Below are positions 1-8,690 of a DNA stretch of 32,000 bases, in pieces. The notes under the pieces are model-generated. The model was given only the letters and a program-made list of their open reading frames with translations. It made no database searches and had not been told where the DNA came from. The first letter of the stretch is position 1. The number at the start of each line of letters is the position of its first letter. Location of the stretch: contig CP012986.1 of the NCBI GenBank assembly GCA_001761425.1, positions 780,001-812,000 of the forward strand, read 5' to 3'. This stretch comes from Candidatus Saccharimonadota bacterium (GTDB lineage: Archaea; Nanohalarchaeota; Nanosalinia; Nanosalinales; Nanosalinaceae). Both the position numbers and the translations under genes were made by a program.

Positions 1-1872
1 GTTGTCGAATATTTCTCCACGGCTCATTCCTGTATGGAGTTTTAGTTTCTCAACGATCTCTGTGGATTCTCTCTCCTTGTTGATCTCGTCTTCTTCCGAG
101 TCCCAAGCGTAGATGACGTTGGCTCCAAGCTCCGTCTCTCCTCCTCGTTTGTAACCTGATTTGGTGACTTCTGCTACCTGGAATACTCTTCTGAAGTTTC
201 TTCTGCGTTCACGGAACATGACCACGTTAACGTCTACTGATTTAACCATCTGCTCCGCTACATCGATAGGCGGATTTAAAAGACGCTGAACTGTCTGTTC
301 TGCTGTATCAGCGTGGATTGTGGAGTATACTGAGTGTCCTGTGTGCATCGCCTCGAAGAGGACTTCTGCCTGGCGCTTTTTACGGATCTCTCCGACCAGG
401 ATACGGTCAGGACGCATACGAAGCGAGTTAACAAGCAGATCAAGCATCGAAATCTCTCCTTTACCTTCAGGGTTTGCCTCTCTCGTCGTAAGAGGCACCC
501 AGTGAAGGAACTCCGGAAGCTGTACTTCTCTTGTATCCTCGATGGATATGATCCTCTGACTGGGAGGAATGAAAGGCATCAAGATGTTCAGAAGGCTTGT
601 CTTACCAGCTCCTGTACCTCCTGATACAAGTACTGAAAGCTCGTACTGCAGACAGAGCCAGAGGAACGCAGCGACTTCTTTGTTAATAGTACCGTTTTTG
701 ATAAAATCTATGACTGTCCACGGATCACGGGCGAACTTACGGATCGTGATAGTGTTACCGTGGGTAGAAATCGGCTGAATGGTGGAGTTAACACGATCTC
801 CACTGGGAAGATGTGCGTCCAGAAGCGGATCCAGGGAGGAAATGTTTTTACCGACACGACGGGCAATTTCCGACGAGTAATTGTAGATCTCTTCTTCGTT
901 CTCAAAAGTAAGGTTTGACTTCAGCCAGCCGTGCTCCTGGTGATAGACCCACGTCGGCTCATCCGCAGAGTTGATAACAAGTTCCTCAAGCCTGGGATCA
1001 TTCAAAAGGATCTCGACATCACCAAGCCCGACCATGTCATGAATCAAATTCCCGATAAGAATCTCCTTCGCACGCTCATCGGAATCAGGCAAAAGATCAT
1101 CCAACTGCTTCTCAACCTCCTCACTGAACTTTCTCTTAACAGTCTCAATCTCATCAGAATCCGTAAACTCCTCTCTCGTCAACTCCACATTCTCAATAAC
1201 ACGCTTCCTAATATTATCCACAAAGGCCTCCGTACCCAGACTGATCTGAGGCCTGTTAATAAAGTAAATCGGGACGTACTCATCGTCCTTATCTCCAATC
1301 ATGATTTTAGCTGGAACCTGATCCGCATCAACCTTGTAACTCTGATTTACCTCATCCAGAGTGCTTTCCCCGTACTCGACCTCCTCATGGTCTTCTTCAG
1401 GGATATCCTCATGATCATCCTCGACCTCGATCTCGTTCTTACCGCCTTCAATCTCAACCTCCTCAGGAATATCTTCCCCCTCAAGGCCTTCTTCCTCTTC
1501 ATCTTCTGAGGCCTCTTCGTCTTCTTCAGTTCCCTCTGACATCGAACCTGTTTCTATTATAGATGAACCCGAACCTTCATCGGAGCCTTCCTCATCCTCT
1601 TCATCTTCGTCCTCATAGTCCTCTGACTCAACGAGCTGGAAATCATCTCCAGAACCATCTCCAGAATCATCTCCGGAGTTTTCTCCATCAGATTCCTGGA
1701 TTTCATCGTCTTCAGAGGCCTGTTCTATCGCTGCCAGGTTCTTCTCGATCTCGTCCTCTATGTCCATGGAACCATCTTCTGAGGCCTCTTTTTCACCGCC
1801 TGAAGCTCCCTGATCCTCTGCTTGTTCGTCCATCATACCGCTTTCTATCAGAGAATCGTCTTCTTCACTCAT
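1..1872 (-). CDS. Type II/IV secretion-family ATPase (FlaI/PilB/GspE/VirB11-like) with ~190-aa acidic N-terminal extension; C-terminus lies beyond the window edge
   Basis: Absent from the ORF track because no stop lies in the window. I translated the minus strand by hand: the frame is open from ATG 1872..1870 to position 1, and the next upstream in-frame triplet is a stop. Walker A is VLVSGGTGAGKTSLLN (about 598-640). Walker B-like DRILVGEIR and His box HTGHSVYSTIHA lie at about 310-420. The ATG overlaps the upstream gene's stop by 8 nt (ATGAGTGA). Confidence 0.85.
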   Translation of the reverse strand, partial: MSEEDDSLIESGMMDEQAEDQGASGGEKEASEDGSMDIEDEIEKNLAAIEQASEDDEIQESDGENSGDDSGDGSGDDFQLVESEDYEDEDEEDEEGSDEGSGSSIIETGSMSEGTEEDEEASEDEEEEGLEGEDIPEEVEIEGGKNEIEVEDDHEDIPEEDHEEVEYGESTLDEVNQSYKVDADQVPAKIMIGDKDDEYVPIYFINRPQISLGTEAFVDNIRKRVIENVELTREEFTDSDEIETVKRKFSEEVEKQLDDLLPDSDERAKEILIGNLIHDMVGLGDVEILLNDPRLEELVINSADEPTWVYHQEHGWLKSNLTFENEEEIYNYSSEIARRVGKNISSLDPLLDAHLPSGDRVNSTIQPISTHGNTITIRKFARDPWTVIDFIKNGTINKEVAAFLWLCLQYELSVLVSGGTGAGKTSLLNILMPFIPPSQRIISIEDTREVQLPEFLHWVPLTTREANPEGKGEISMLDLLVNSLRMRPDRILVGEIRKKRQAEVLFEAMHTGHSVYSTIHADTAEQTVQRLLNPPIDVAEQMVKSVDVNVVMFRERRRNFRRVFQVAEVTKSGYKRGGETELGANVIYAWDSEEDEINKERESTEIVEKLKLHTGMSRGEIFDN

Positions 1873-3352
1873 CGTCTATCTTACCTCTGAGAAACTCTTT
1901 CATAGTTTTACGGTCCTTGTGGCTTTCCTCGAACTCGAGCAAGGCCTTGTAATCCGGGTCCTCAAGTTCCTCGATCCTGAACTCCGCAGCTTTCTCTATA
2001 TTATCGTTCAAGATCTCTCCATAATCTCTATCACCGCTTTCTTCGCCAAGATTTTTCTCTGAGGCCTGGGTATCTTCGTTTTTTTCCTCAGTACTTTCTT
2101 CTTTTTCTGTGCTTTCGTCTTCTTTCCCTTCAGTATCTTCTACACTTCCTCTCCCACTGTCAGAGTCTTTATCAGAATTTTTTTCGTGCATCGAACCGCT
2201 CTCGATTATGGAGGAACCGTGATCCTGCGAATCATTTTTTCCAGAGCTTTCCTGTTCGGAACCGGCTTCCGAGGCCTCTTCGCTGTTATTTTCTTCGTCC
2301 ATGGATGGACTTTCGATTGTACTGGAGCCTGGGGATTCTTCTGAGGCCTCCTCACTCTCCGTTGAATCTTTATCTGGGGCTTTATCCGGGGGATTCTCCT
2401 CCATTACCTCCTGTACTTTATCCTGTTTTGAGGTTTTTTCACTGCTTTTTTCTTTGTCTGGGGTTTCCTGTGTGTTTTCCGCCCCGTGTTTTTTGTCTGT
2501 ATTTTGTTCTTCTGTCTCCTGTTCAGGCCTTTCCTCTTTTTCCTGGGTTTCTTCCTCTTTGCTTTCTTTTTCTTCTTTTGAGCCTGTGAGTGGGTTGGGC
2601 GGTAATTTAAACGGTATTTTTGAGGTGATTTTTCCAAATCTGGTTTTTTCCTCGTTTTTTTCGTCTTGTTTTTTCTCTTTTTCTTTTTCTCTAAGTTCCT
2701 TTTTTTTCTCCTGTATTTTTTTGTCTTCTATTTTCTCTATTTTGTCGTGGAGGTTTTGGAAGGCCTTTACTTTTTTTCTGACCTGTTGTTCTTCGTGTTC
2801 GAAGTCTATTTCCTGTTCTGCTTCGTCGACTTCTTCCATGACTTCGTCGATTTCTTCGAGAAGCTGGAATGTGTCCTGTGTGACCTGATCGTTTTCTAGG
2901 TCTTCTATATGTTTTTCCAGTCTTTTTTCCAGGCTGTGAAGCTGGCTAATCCTTTCTTTTATCGAGTTGTATTTTTCTTCCTGGGCTTCCATATCCATCG
3001 CGGTTTTCTGTAGCTCGTCTCTGAGTTTTGATACGCTCTGGCTTTTCTCTCTTGCGTGGTCCTCAATTTTCTGTGTTTTGTCCTCTATATTGCTGTGAAG
3101 TTGCTGTCTCCTGTCTTTCATTTCTTCGACATGTTCTTCGTCGTATATCAGGACTAGGCCAGATCTTACAGTGTAGTCTTTGTCTATAAGGCCTTCTTGT
3201 TCGAGTGCATCTGCCCATTCTTTGACTCTGTCTTGTTTGACACCTATTTCCTGGGATATCTCTGATACTGAGGCCTTCTGGTTCTCTGCGAGGTAGTTTA
3301 GAACGGTGTCTACTCCTGTTTCGATGATAAGGTTTTGCCAGTTATCTGACAT
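1865..3352 (-). CDS. Winged-helix (TrmB/MarR-like) N-terminal domain protein with coiled-coil, K/E-rich linker and long D/E/S-rich disordered tail
   Basis: 495-aa ORF with an ATG start. The N-terminal ~70 aa (VDTVLNYLAENQKASVSEISQEIGVKQDRVKEWADALEQEGLIDKDYTVRSGLVLIY) has a helix-turn-helix-wing pattern. A heptad-like region (~80-200) follows, then low complexity. It is translationally coupled to the downstream ATPase. Confidence 0.7.
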   Translation of the reverse strand: MSDNWQNLIIETGVDTVLNYLAENQKASVSEISQEIGVKQDRVKEWADALEQEGLIDKDYTVRSGLVLIYDEEHVEEMKDRRQQLHSNIEDKTQKIEDHAREKSQSVSKLRDELQKTAMDMEAQEEKYNSIKERISQLHSLEKRLEKHIEDLENDQVTQDTFQLLEEIDEVMEEVDEAEQEIDFEHEEQQVRKKVKAFQNLHDKIEKIEDKKIQEKKKELREKEKEKKQDEKNEEKTRFGKITSKIPFKLPPNPLTGSKEEKESKEEETQEKEERPEQETEEQNTDKKHGAENTQETPDKEKSSEKTSKQDKVQEVMEENPPDKAPDKDSTESEEASEESPGSSTIESPSMDEENNSEEASEAGSEQESSGKNDSQDHGSSIIESGSMHEKNSDKDSDSGRGSVEDTEGKEDESTEKEESTEEKNEDTQASEKNLGEESGDRDYGEILNDNIEKAAEFRIEELEDPDYKALLEFEESHKDRKTMKEFLRGKIDDE

Positions 3353-3395
3353 TTAGACAGTATAGTTTTAACTAGGACTGGTTTTAAAGACTATT
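3353..3395. promoter_or_regulatory. Divergent promoter region with two TATA-like elements
   Basis: TATAGTTTTA (3361-3370) lies ~30 nt upstream of ATG 3396. TTTTAAAG (3382-3389; CTTTAAAA on the minus strand) lies ~33 nt upstream of ATG 3352. The spacing fits leaderless archaeal transcripts. Confidence 0.4.
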
Positions 3396-4205
3396 ATGTA
3401 CCTCGTTCTGTCCCATGTACTGGCGTTCTGTGCCCTGTGCATCAGTTCGTTTTATGACGTGTTCTCCGAGAAAGGAGATGTACCGGATCTTCCAGCTTTC
3501 GTAGCGATAGGAGCAGGAATCATACTTCACGCTATCTATGCGTTCCAGGCCTGGAGTGTAGAGCCTTTTCTCTGGATGATAGGGACAGGCCTTGCCTTTT
3601 CTGCTTATGGCTGGATGGCTTACTGGAAAGGCCTGTGGGGTGGAGCGGATGCCATGGGAGTGACAGTCCTTGGTTTTGCAGCGCCTTATGCGGTTTCAGG
3701 GCCTGGGTTGATCTATCCTGTTAACTTGTTTGTAAATATAATGATTGTAGGCCTTGTCTATACTGTAGGATTCGCTTTTTACAGAGCTGTCCGGTCTGAA
3801 GGTTTCTTCGAACGTACGAGGGATAGAATACTGGAGGATAAAAGGAGAATTCCTGTTGAGGTTGTGGCCGCAGGCCTTTTCTCGTTGTATGCAGGAACCG
3901 TGGATTTGAACCCTTATCTGTATTTTTTGGCTTTGGTCTTCATAATCTTTCTCTACAGATTTCTCAAGGTCCTGGAGGATTCGGAGATGACTAAAACAGT
4001 TTCTGTGGAGGATCTGGAGGGAGGAGAGGTTGTTGCTGAACAGGGAGATATCATTGAAGGTATTTCAGAGGAAGAGATTGAGGAGCTGGAAGTGGAGAAG
4101 GTAGAGGTACAGGAAGGTATCCGTTTTATGCCAGTGTTCCCTGTAGCCTTGTTGATGACAGATGTTTTCGGGGCTGGAGTCTTCCTCCTGTTACAGATAT
4201 TCTAG
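3396..4205 (+). CDS. Peptidase A24 family prepilin/preflagellin peptidase (FlaK/PibD-like) with archaeal C-terminal domain
   Basis: Polytopic membrane protein. The first catalytic Asp sits in SSFYDVFS (D21) and the second in WGGADAMG (D85, GxGD-type motif). An acidic cytosolic insert and a terminal TM segment resemble the archaeal A24 C-terminal domain. Confidence 0.75.
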   Translation: MYLVLSHVLAFCALCISSFYDVFSEKGDVPDLPAFVAIGAGIILHAIYAFQAWSVEPFLWMIGTGLAFSAYGWMAYWKGLWGGADAMGVTVLGFAAPYAVSGPGLIYPVNLFVNIMIVGLVYTVGFAFYRAVRSEGFFERTRDRILEDKRRIPVEVVAAGLFSLYAGTVDLNPYLYFLALVFIIFLYRFLKVLEDSEMTKTVSVEDLEGGEVVAEQGDIIEGISEEEIEELEVEKVEVQEGIRFMPVFPVALLMTDVFGAGVFLLLQIF

Positions 4206-4774
4206 TACGGTTTTGGAAAAAATGTTTTCAGCTTTGAAACAGGCTCGTCGATATACTGGAGTTTTTCGAACCAGAGTATCCAGAGGGCCAGTACGAGGCC
4301 TGTAAGACTCCATTTCCATAATGTATCATGGATTATCTGGAAGGAAATGATTCCTGTGTGGCTTAGATAGATAGTTGTCACTATCCGTACGATATTGGCC
4401 AGGAATAACAGGGCTGTACCTGCGAAGATGTATTTCAGGTTTTTCCTGTATTTTTCTGTTGATGCGAAGACAAGAGCAGTGAACGCCGTCATGGATTTCC
4501 AGCCCAGGCAGTCCTGGGTGATAATATAATGGACGCCGTCCGTGACCACTTTTATCCCTGAAACGGTGAATGAGGCTTTCATCAGCGGATCAACTATAAC
4601 TGCTACGATCTGGGCGAGAAATGCCTGTGCAGAGGTAGTATCTGGATAGATGAAAAGTATAGCTTGGAAGATCAGGCCTGCGAACAGGAGTTTGAAGGTA
4701 AATTTGAGGCCTTCGAACAGTTTTTTCTGTTGTTTGTTCATTTCTTTCCTGTCAAAGGCCTTTTCCGGGTTCAT
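4202..4774 (-). CDS. Exosortase/archaeosortase family protein (small ArtE-like form)
   Basis: 190-aa multi-TM protein carrying the family triad in the right order: Cys in ITQDCLGWKS, Arg in LANIVRIV (ANxxRI), His in QIIHDTLWKW. Its ATG overlaps the DUF460 stop by 4 nt (ATGA at 4771-4774). Confidence 0.6.
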   Translation of the reverse strand: MNPEKAFDRKEMNKQQKKLFEGLKFTFKLLFAGLIFQAILFIYPDTTSAQAFLAQIVAVIVDPLMKASFTVSGIKVVTDGVHYIITQDCLGWKSMTAFTALVFASTEKYRKNLKYIFAGTALLFLANIVRIVTTIYLSHTGIISFQIIHDTLWKWSLTGLVLALWILWFEKLQYIDEPVSKLKTFFPKPY

Positions 4775-5802
4775 CGTGATTCTTTGTATTCTTCGATGAT
4801 TTCTTCGAAGTTTTCCGCTGTGTCGGGGAAGTCTTCAGCGATGTAGTGGTCTTTTAGCTCTATGCCTTTGATCTCCTCTATTTTGTGGATGTTGAATCCT
4901 CTTTTTCTCAGTCTTTCCTTTATCTCGTCTGATCTGGTTACGGATCTTTCAGGGACTTCTTCGCTTCTGCCGTTTATGATAGGGATGATTTCTGCGCCGT
5001 CTTTGAGTTTTGAAATGGCTTTTTTGTACTGTTTTTCTCTTATCTCTGCGTTTTTCAGTTCTTCTTCGAGTTCCTGTATTTCACTGTTTTTCTCATTTAT
5101 TATGCCTTCTCTCTTGCTTATCTCCTGGTCCTTAACTATTTTATCTCTCTTGCCTTCTTTCAGGTCTTCGTATTTACTTCTTAACTGTTTTTTACCCTGT
5201 TTTTCCTCGCCTAGCTCTGATTTCAGGGCCTTTACCTGGTCTTCAAGGTTTCTGACTTTTGTTCTGAGTCTCTCTTTTTCCCGGTCTTTTTCTGCCTGAG
5301 AGGCCTTGTTGTTTTCCTGGGTAATATCGGTGTTTTCTTCTTCTTTTTCGGTTTTTTCAGGTTTCAGGGGCCTGTCTGAGAAGTATCTTTTTGCTATTTC
5401 AGGCCTTTCGGTTTCAAGTCTGTCGTTGTATTTTTCTATCTTTCTTATCTCGCGTTGAAGGTTTTTGTATGCGTGTACTGCGGATGCTACTGCGTCTTTC
5501 TCGTGAGAATTGGATCCTTTGCCTAGCTGTTTTTTTCTCTGTGAGTCAAGATCTTGGTCTGGTTCGAAAATTTTTGCTCCGAGCGATGTTCTGATGTCTT
5601 CTACTGTGGAAGGCGTCTTCCCTTTGTCGGAGGCGATTACGACAGGTTTTCCGACTTTGACTATTCTTTCTATGATTTCGCTGGGTGGGAAGTTTTTTCC
5701 GCTTTCCAGTAGCTGTATTTTTCCGTCGAGGTCGAGTGCTGCGACTGCGGATGTGCTTCCGGGGTCTATTCCGATTATCAGGGCTTTTTTTGGTTTATTC
5801 AT
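4771..5802 (-). CDS. DUF460 / COG2433 protein (RNase H-fold putative nuclease) with C-terminal coiled-coil
   Basis: ALIIGIDPGSTSAVAALDLDGK...VVIASDKGKTPSTVE is typical of archaeal DUF460. I prefer ATG 5802 (MNKPKK...), which overlaps the hef stop by 8 nt (ATGAATAA), over the track start at 5880, which would overlap hef by 86 nt. Confidence 0.7.
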   Translation of the reverse strand: MNKPKKALIIGIDPGSTSAVAALDLDGKIQLLESGKNFPPSEIIERIVKVGKPVVIASDKGKTPSTVEDIRTSLGAKIFEPDQDLDSQRKKQLGKGSNSHEKDAVASAVHAYKNLQREIRKIEKYNDRLETERPEIAKRYFSDRPLKPEKTEKEEENTDITQENNKASQAEKDREKERLRTKVRNLEDQVKALKSELGEEKQGKKQLRSKYEDLKEGKRDKIVKDQEISKREGIINEKNSEIQELEEELKNAEIREKQYKKAISKLKDGAEIIPIINGRSEEVPERSVTRSDEIKERLRKRGFNIHKIEEIKGIELKDHYIAEDFPDTAENFEEIIEEYKESR

Positions 5803-8023
5803 ACTTTTTTTCTGCGAGTTCCCGTATTGAACGTGCTTTTTTGTCGCCGATGCCTTCCACTTCTTTGAGCTCTTCTTCATTAGCTGTGAGTACTTTTTGG
5901 ATTGTTCCGAACTCTTTCAGGAGTCTTCTCGCTATCTTTGTGTTGACGTCTGGGAGGCCTGCGACGACGAATTCCTGGAGTTCTTTCTCCGTTTTCGGGC
6001 TTTTTCCTCCTCTTACTGCTACTTCTTTCTCGTTTTCTTCCTGTTCTCTTTTAGCTAGGCTTTCGAGGAGTTCGGCTGTTCCTTTGATTTCGTTGCTCCA
6101 GAGTATGCTTACGCTGTGATCGATGGCGATGGATGCGAGGGCGCCTCTTATGGCGTTGGGATGTATGTCTCTATGCGAGTACAGGTCTTTTCCCTCTATG
6201 ATGAGGACCGGGTTCTCGAACTGGTGGAGGCTCTGGATCTGGTCGAATACTCTGTTGTCGATTATAGAGTCTACGAAATCCTTTGCTTCTTTCCTCTCGA
6301 TCGCTGTTCTCTCTGATACCAGGAAGTCTGCGACGTCAAGACGTTTTTTCTTTACGATGGCGTCCATGCGGGAGAGTTCTTTCGAGACCTTGTTCTCACG
6401 GTCATCGGCGTAGACCACAAGTTCCTCTTCTTCTGTAGGATCAGCAATTTTTTCATCCTCTTCTTCGCTTTCTTCTGAGGCCTTCTCATCGTCGAATCCG
6501 TCAGCTAGTGTTTTCTGACCGTTTTTATCTTCTTTCTCTTTTTCAGCTGCCATTTCCGAGGTTTCTCCCTTGAGTTCATTTAGTACTTTCTTCATTTTCT
6601 TCTTTTTGTGGTGTGCACTCCAGTAGTATCCTTCGTCACGAGTGTTTTCCGCGATCAAGACAATGACTTTACCGCTTTCCTGACGGCCTGTACGCCCAGC
6701 TCGCTGGATATCACGGATTCCTGAAGGCACAGGTTCGTAGAAAACGACGTAGTCTACAGCGGGGATGTCGAGGCCTTCTTCACCGATGCTTGTAGAAACT
6801 AAAACATCGTATTTGCCGTCTTCGAAGGCCTGAAGTACTTTTGCCTGTTTGTTCTGTGTCATTCCGTCGTCTCCCTGCTGGCCTATGAATTTGACTGCGT
6901 TATGGCCCTGGGTGTTAAGTTCTTTGACTATTGCGTCGCATGAGGAGCGGTACTCGGTGAAGATCATTGCTTTTTCGTTTTCTTCTTTTTTGCCGATTAT
7001 TTTCCGTAGTTTATCGATTTTTGGGTGTTCTTCTCCTTTTTTCTTCAGGTGTTCGGTCATTCCGCGGGCTTTGGAGAATTTGTCGTGGTCTACAGCTCTC
7101 TTGGCTGCTTTCGAGTCATCGTTTTCGAGGCCTCTCATGTAGTTGTAGGCCTGGCTTACTCCCTGGGTTTCCAGAAGTTCCAGGGCCTGGGAAATTTTTA
7201 ATGCGGTTGCGACCCTGCTTATGGCTGAGTAAAGTTTTGGGTCATCTGAGTTTGATAGTTTGGAGCCGAGTTCTCCTCTCAGGTTCAGCAGGTCTGTTTT
7301 CTGCACGTTGTTCAGGGAGTTTATCTGATCCAGTCTTTTCAGTTCTTTGAGCTGTTCTCTTTTTGCGTCTTCCAGATGGTTTTTTGCGGTTTTGAATCTG
7401 TCGTCCAGTGAGACGTATTTCCAGTCCACTTCTTTATCCTGTATGTATGGTTCGACATCAGGGTCGTCTTCGGTTCTGACCTCGAAGTTATTGATCTCCA
7501 GGTTGTTTGCGACCTCCATGATTTTTTCCTTGTCGCCGCCTGGTGAAGCTGTCAGGGCCAGTTTCTGATTGTTCATTTTTTCACTGATGAAGACATAGCT
7601 GTATTCTCCTGTGGCTCTGTGGGCCTCGTCGAAGATGGTTAATGCGAAGTCCTGTACAGGTATTTCTCCTGCGATTATATCGTTTTCCACGACTTGAGGT
7701 GTTCCGAAAAAGATTTTTTTCTCTCTCCAGAGTTCGTATCTTTTGTCAGGCCTTGTATCTCCTGTCATCACCTGCATATCTTCTTTGTCGACGTTCAGCA
7801 GTCCGTTGAATTCTTCGAGGTGTTGTTCGACCAGCGGTTTCGTAGGTGCCATGAAGAGGACTTTGCCGTTTTTCAGTTTCTGGGATGCGACCATCGCTGC
7901 TATAACTGTTTTTCCAAGGCCTGTGGGCAGGACTACCAGTGTGTTCTTGTTTGATGCTGATGCTGCGATGACTTCCTGGTAGGCTCTGGATTCCAGTACA
8001 TCGGTTTTGAGAAGCTGTGTCAC
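5795..8023 (-). CDS. hef: Hef helicase-nuclease (SF2 helicase + ERCC4/XPF nuclease + HhH2), FANCM/XPF family
   Basis: Motif I LPTGLGKT, motif II FDEAH, motif VI QRAGRTGR. The C-terminal ERCC4 region is VYADDRE...DVADFLVSERTAIERKEAKDF, with a terminal HhH (GIGDKKARSIRE). The first codon is GTG at 8023..8021. Confidence 0.9.
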   Translation of the reverse strand: MTQLLKTDVLESRAYQEVIAASASNKNTLVVLPTGLGKTVIAAMVASQKLKNGKVLFMAPTKPLVEQHLEEFNGLLNVDKEDMQVMTGDTRPDKRYELWREKKIFFGTPQVVENDIIAGEIPVQDFALTIFDEAHRATGEYSYVFISEKMNNQKLALTASPGGDKEKIMEVANNLEINNFEVRTEDDPDVEPYIQDKEVDWKYVSLDDRFKTAKNHLEDAKREQLKELKRLDQINSLNNVQKTDLLNLRGELGSKLSNSDDPKLYSAISRVATALKISQALELLETQGVSQAYNYMRGLENDDSKAAKRAVDHDKFSKARGMTEHLKKKGEEHPKIDKLRKIIGKKEENEKAMIFTEYRSSCDAIVKELNTQGHNAVKFIGQQGDDGMTQNKQAKVLQAFEDGKYDVLVSTSIGEEGLDIPAVDYVVFYEPVPSGIRDIQRAGRTGRQESGKVIVLIAENTRDEGYYWSAHHKKKKMKKVLNELKGETSEMAAEKEKEDKNGQKTLADGFDDEKASEESEEEDEKIADPTEEEELVVYADDRENKVSKELSRMDAIVKKKRLDVADFLVSERTAIERKEAKDFVDSIIDNRVFDQIQSLHQFENPVLIIEGKDLYSHRDIHPNAIRGALASIAIDHSVSILWSNEIKGTAELLESLAKREQEENEKEVAVRGGKSPKTEKELQEFVVAGLPDVNTKIARRLLKEFGTIQKVLTANEEELKEVEGIGDKKARSIRELAEKKYE

Positions 8024-8043
8024 AGAAAATTTACAGGGTTGAA

Positions 8044-8054
8044 ATTTGATAAAC
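8044..8054 (-). promoter_or_regulatory. TATA-like element upstream of hef
   Basis: The minus strand reads GTTTATCAAAT, centred ~26 nt upstream of the hef start codon. Confidence 0.35.
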
Positions 8055-8092
8055 TGACTGGGGAGAGGCCTTTCAGCGTTTGGATCTGTTTT

Positions 8093-8620
8093 TCATGTCT
8101 GGAGGCCGAATTTGTCTCTTTCAGGGGGTTCGAGGAATTTGATTATCTGGAAGCCTGTTCCTATGACTGTGAGTGAGAGTATGGCTGACTGCAGGGTTAT
8201 CTGGTTTACTGGCATCCCTGATTTGATTATGACTGTGGCGACATAGGCCAGGGAGTAGACCATTCCTGATGATGAGGCCAGGAATGCGACTGTCGAGTTC
8301 CATTTGTGGAAGAAGTTGAGGTAGCCTGTTAGGAGGCCTACTCCTATCAGGAAGTAGGTGACTGTTTTCTCGATAGGGCCTGTGATGTTGGATGTTAGAA
8401 GCAGTGTGAGGCCTGTGCTTATCCAGATGACAGAGTTGGAGACGGATGAGTTCCATCCCAGGCTCTCGTGTTTGTGTTTTCCGAAGTACAGTTCAAGTAC
8501 GATTCCTCCGAGGATGAGAGGCAGGAGTGTAGGTATCATCTCCGGAGTATTTATCGGCGCTAGGAATATCTGTTCCACTCCGAGGATTATTTCTTCACTG
8601 AAGTAGTCAGTAATCTGCAT
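8093..8620 (-). CDS. Hypothetical integral membrane protein (about 5 TM segments)
   Basis: 175-aa ORF with an ATG start and hydrophobic segments throughout. I recognise no family motif. Confidence 0.55.
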   Translation of the reverse strand: MQITDYFSEEIILGVEQIFLAPINTPEMIPTLLPLILGGIVLELYFGKHKHESLGWNSSVSNSVIWISTGLTLLLTSNITGPIEKTVTYFLIGVGLLTGYLNFFHKWNSTVAFLASSSGMVYSLAYVATVIIKSGMPVNQITLQSAILSLTVIGTGFQIIKFLEPPERDKFGLQT

Positions 8621-8690
8621 ATTCTGAGGCCTCTATCACTAGTTAAATAGAAATTGGTTGATAAATTCCCTGTTCAGAGGCCTTTTCTTT

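Noticed and set aside
931-1952. Plus-strand ORFs 931..1509 and 1563..1952 from the track
   Set aside because: They are antisense to the hand-translated secretion-ATPase gene. Their products are low-complexity L/I/P/H-rich sequence with no motifs, whereas the minus frame carries Walker motifs and is open over the whole span.
2301-2899. Four overlapping ORFs (2301..2888+, 2305..2589+, 2404..2637-, 2666..2899+)
   Set aside because: These are alternative-frame or antisense readings of the K/E- and D/E/S-rich low-complexity part of gene 1865..3352. They give S/F/L- or K-rich artefacts.
5803-5880. Longer N-terminus for the DUF460 protein (track start 5880)
   Set aside because: It would overlap hef by 86 nt and adds only a K/S-rich tail. 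ATG 5802 gives the 8-nt overlap pattern seen elsewhere in this window.
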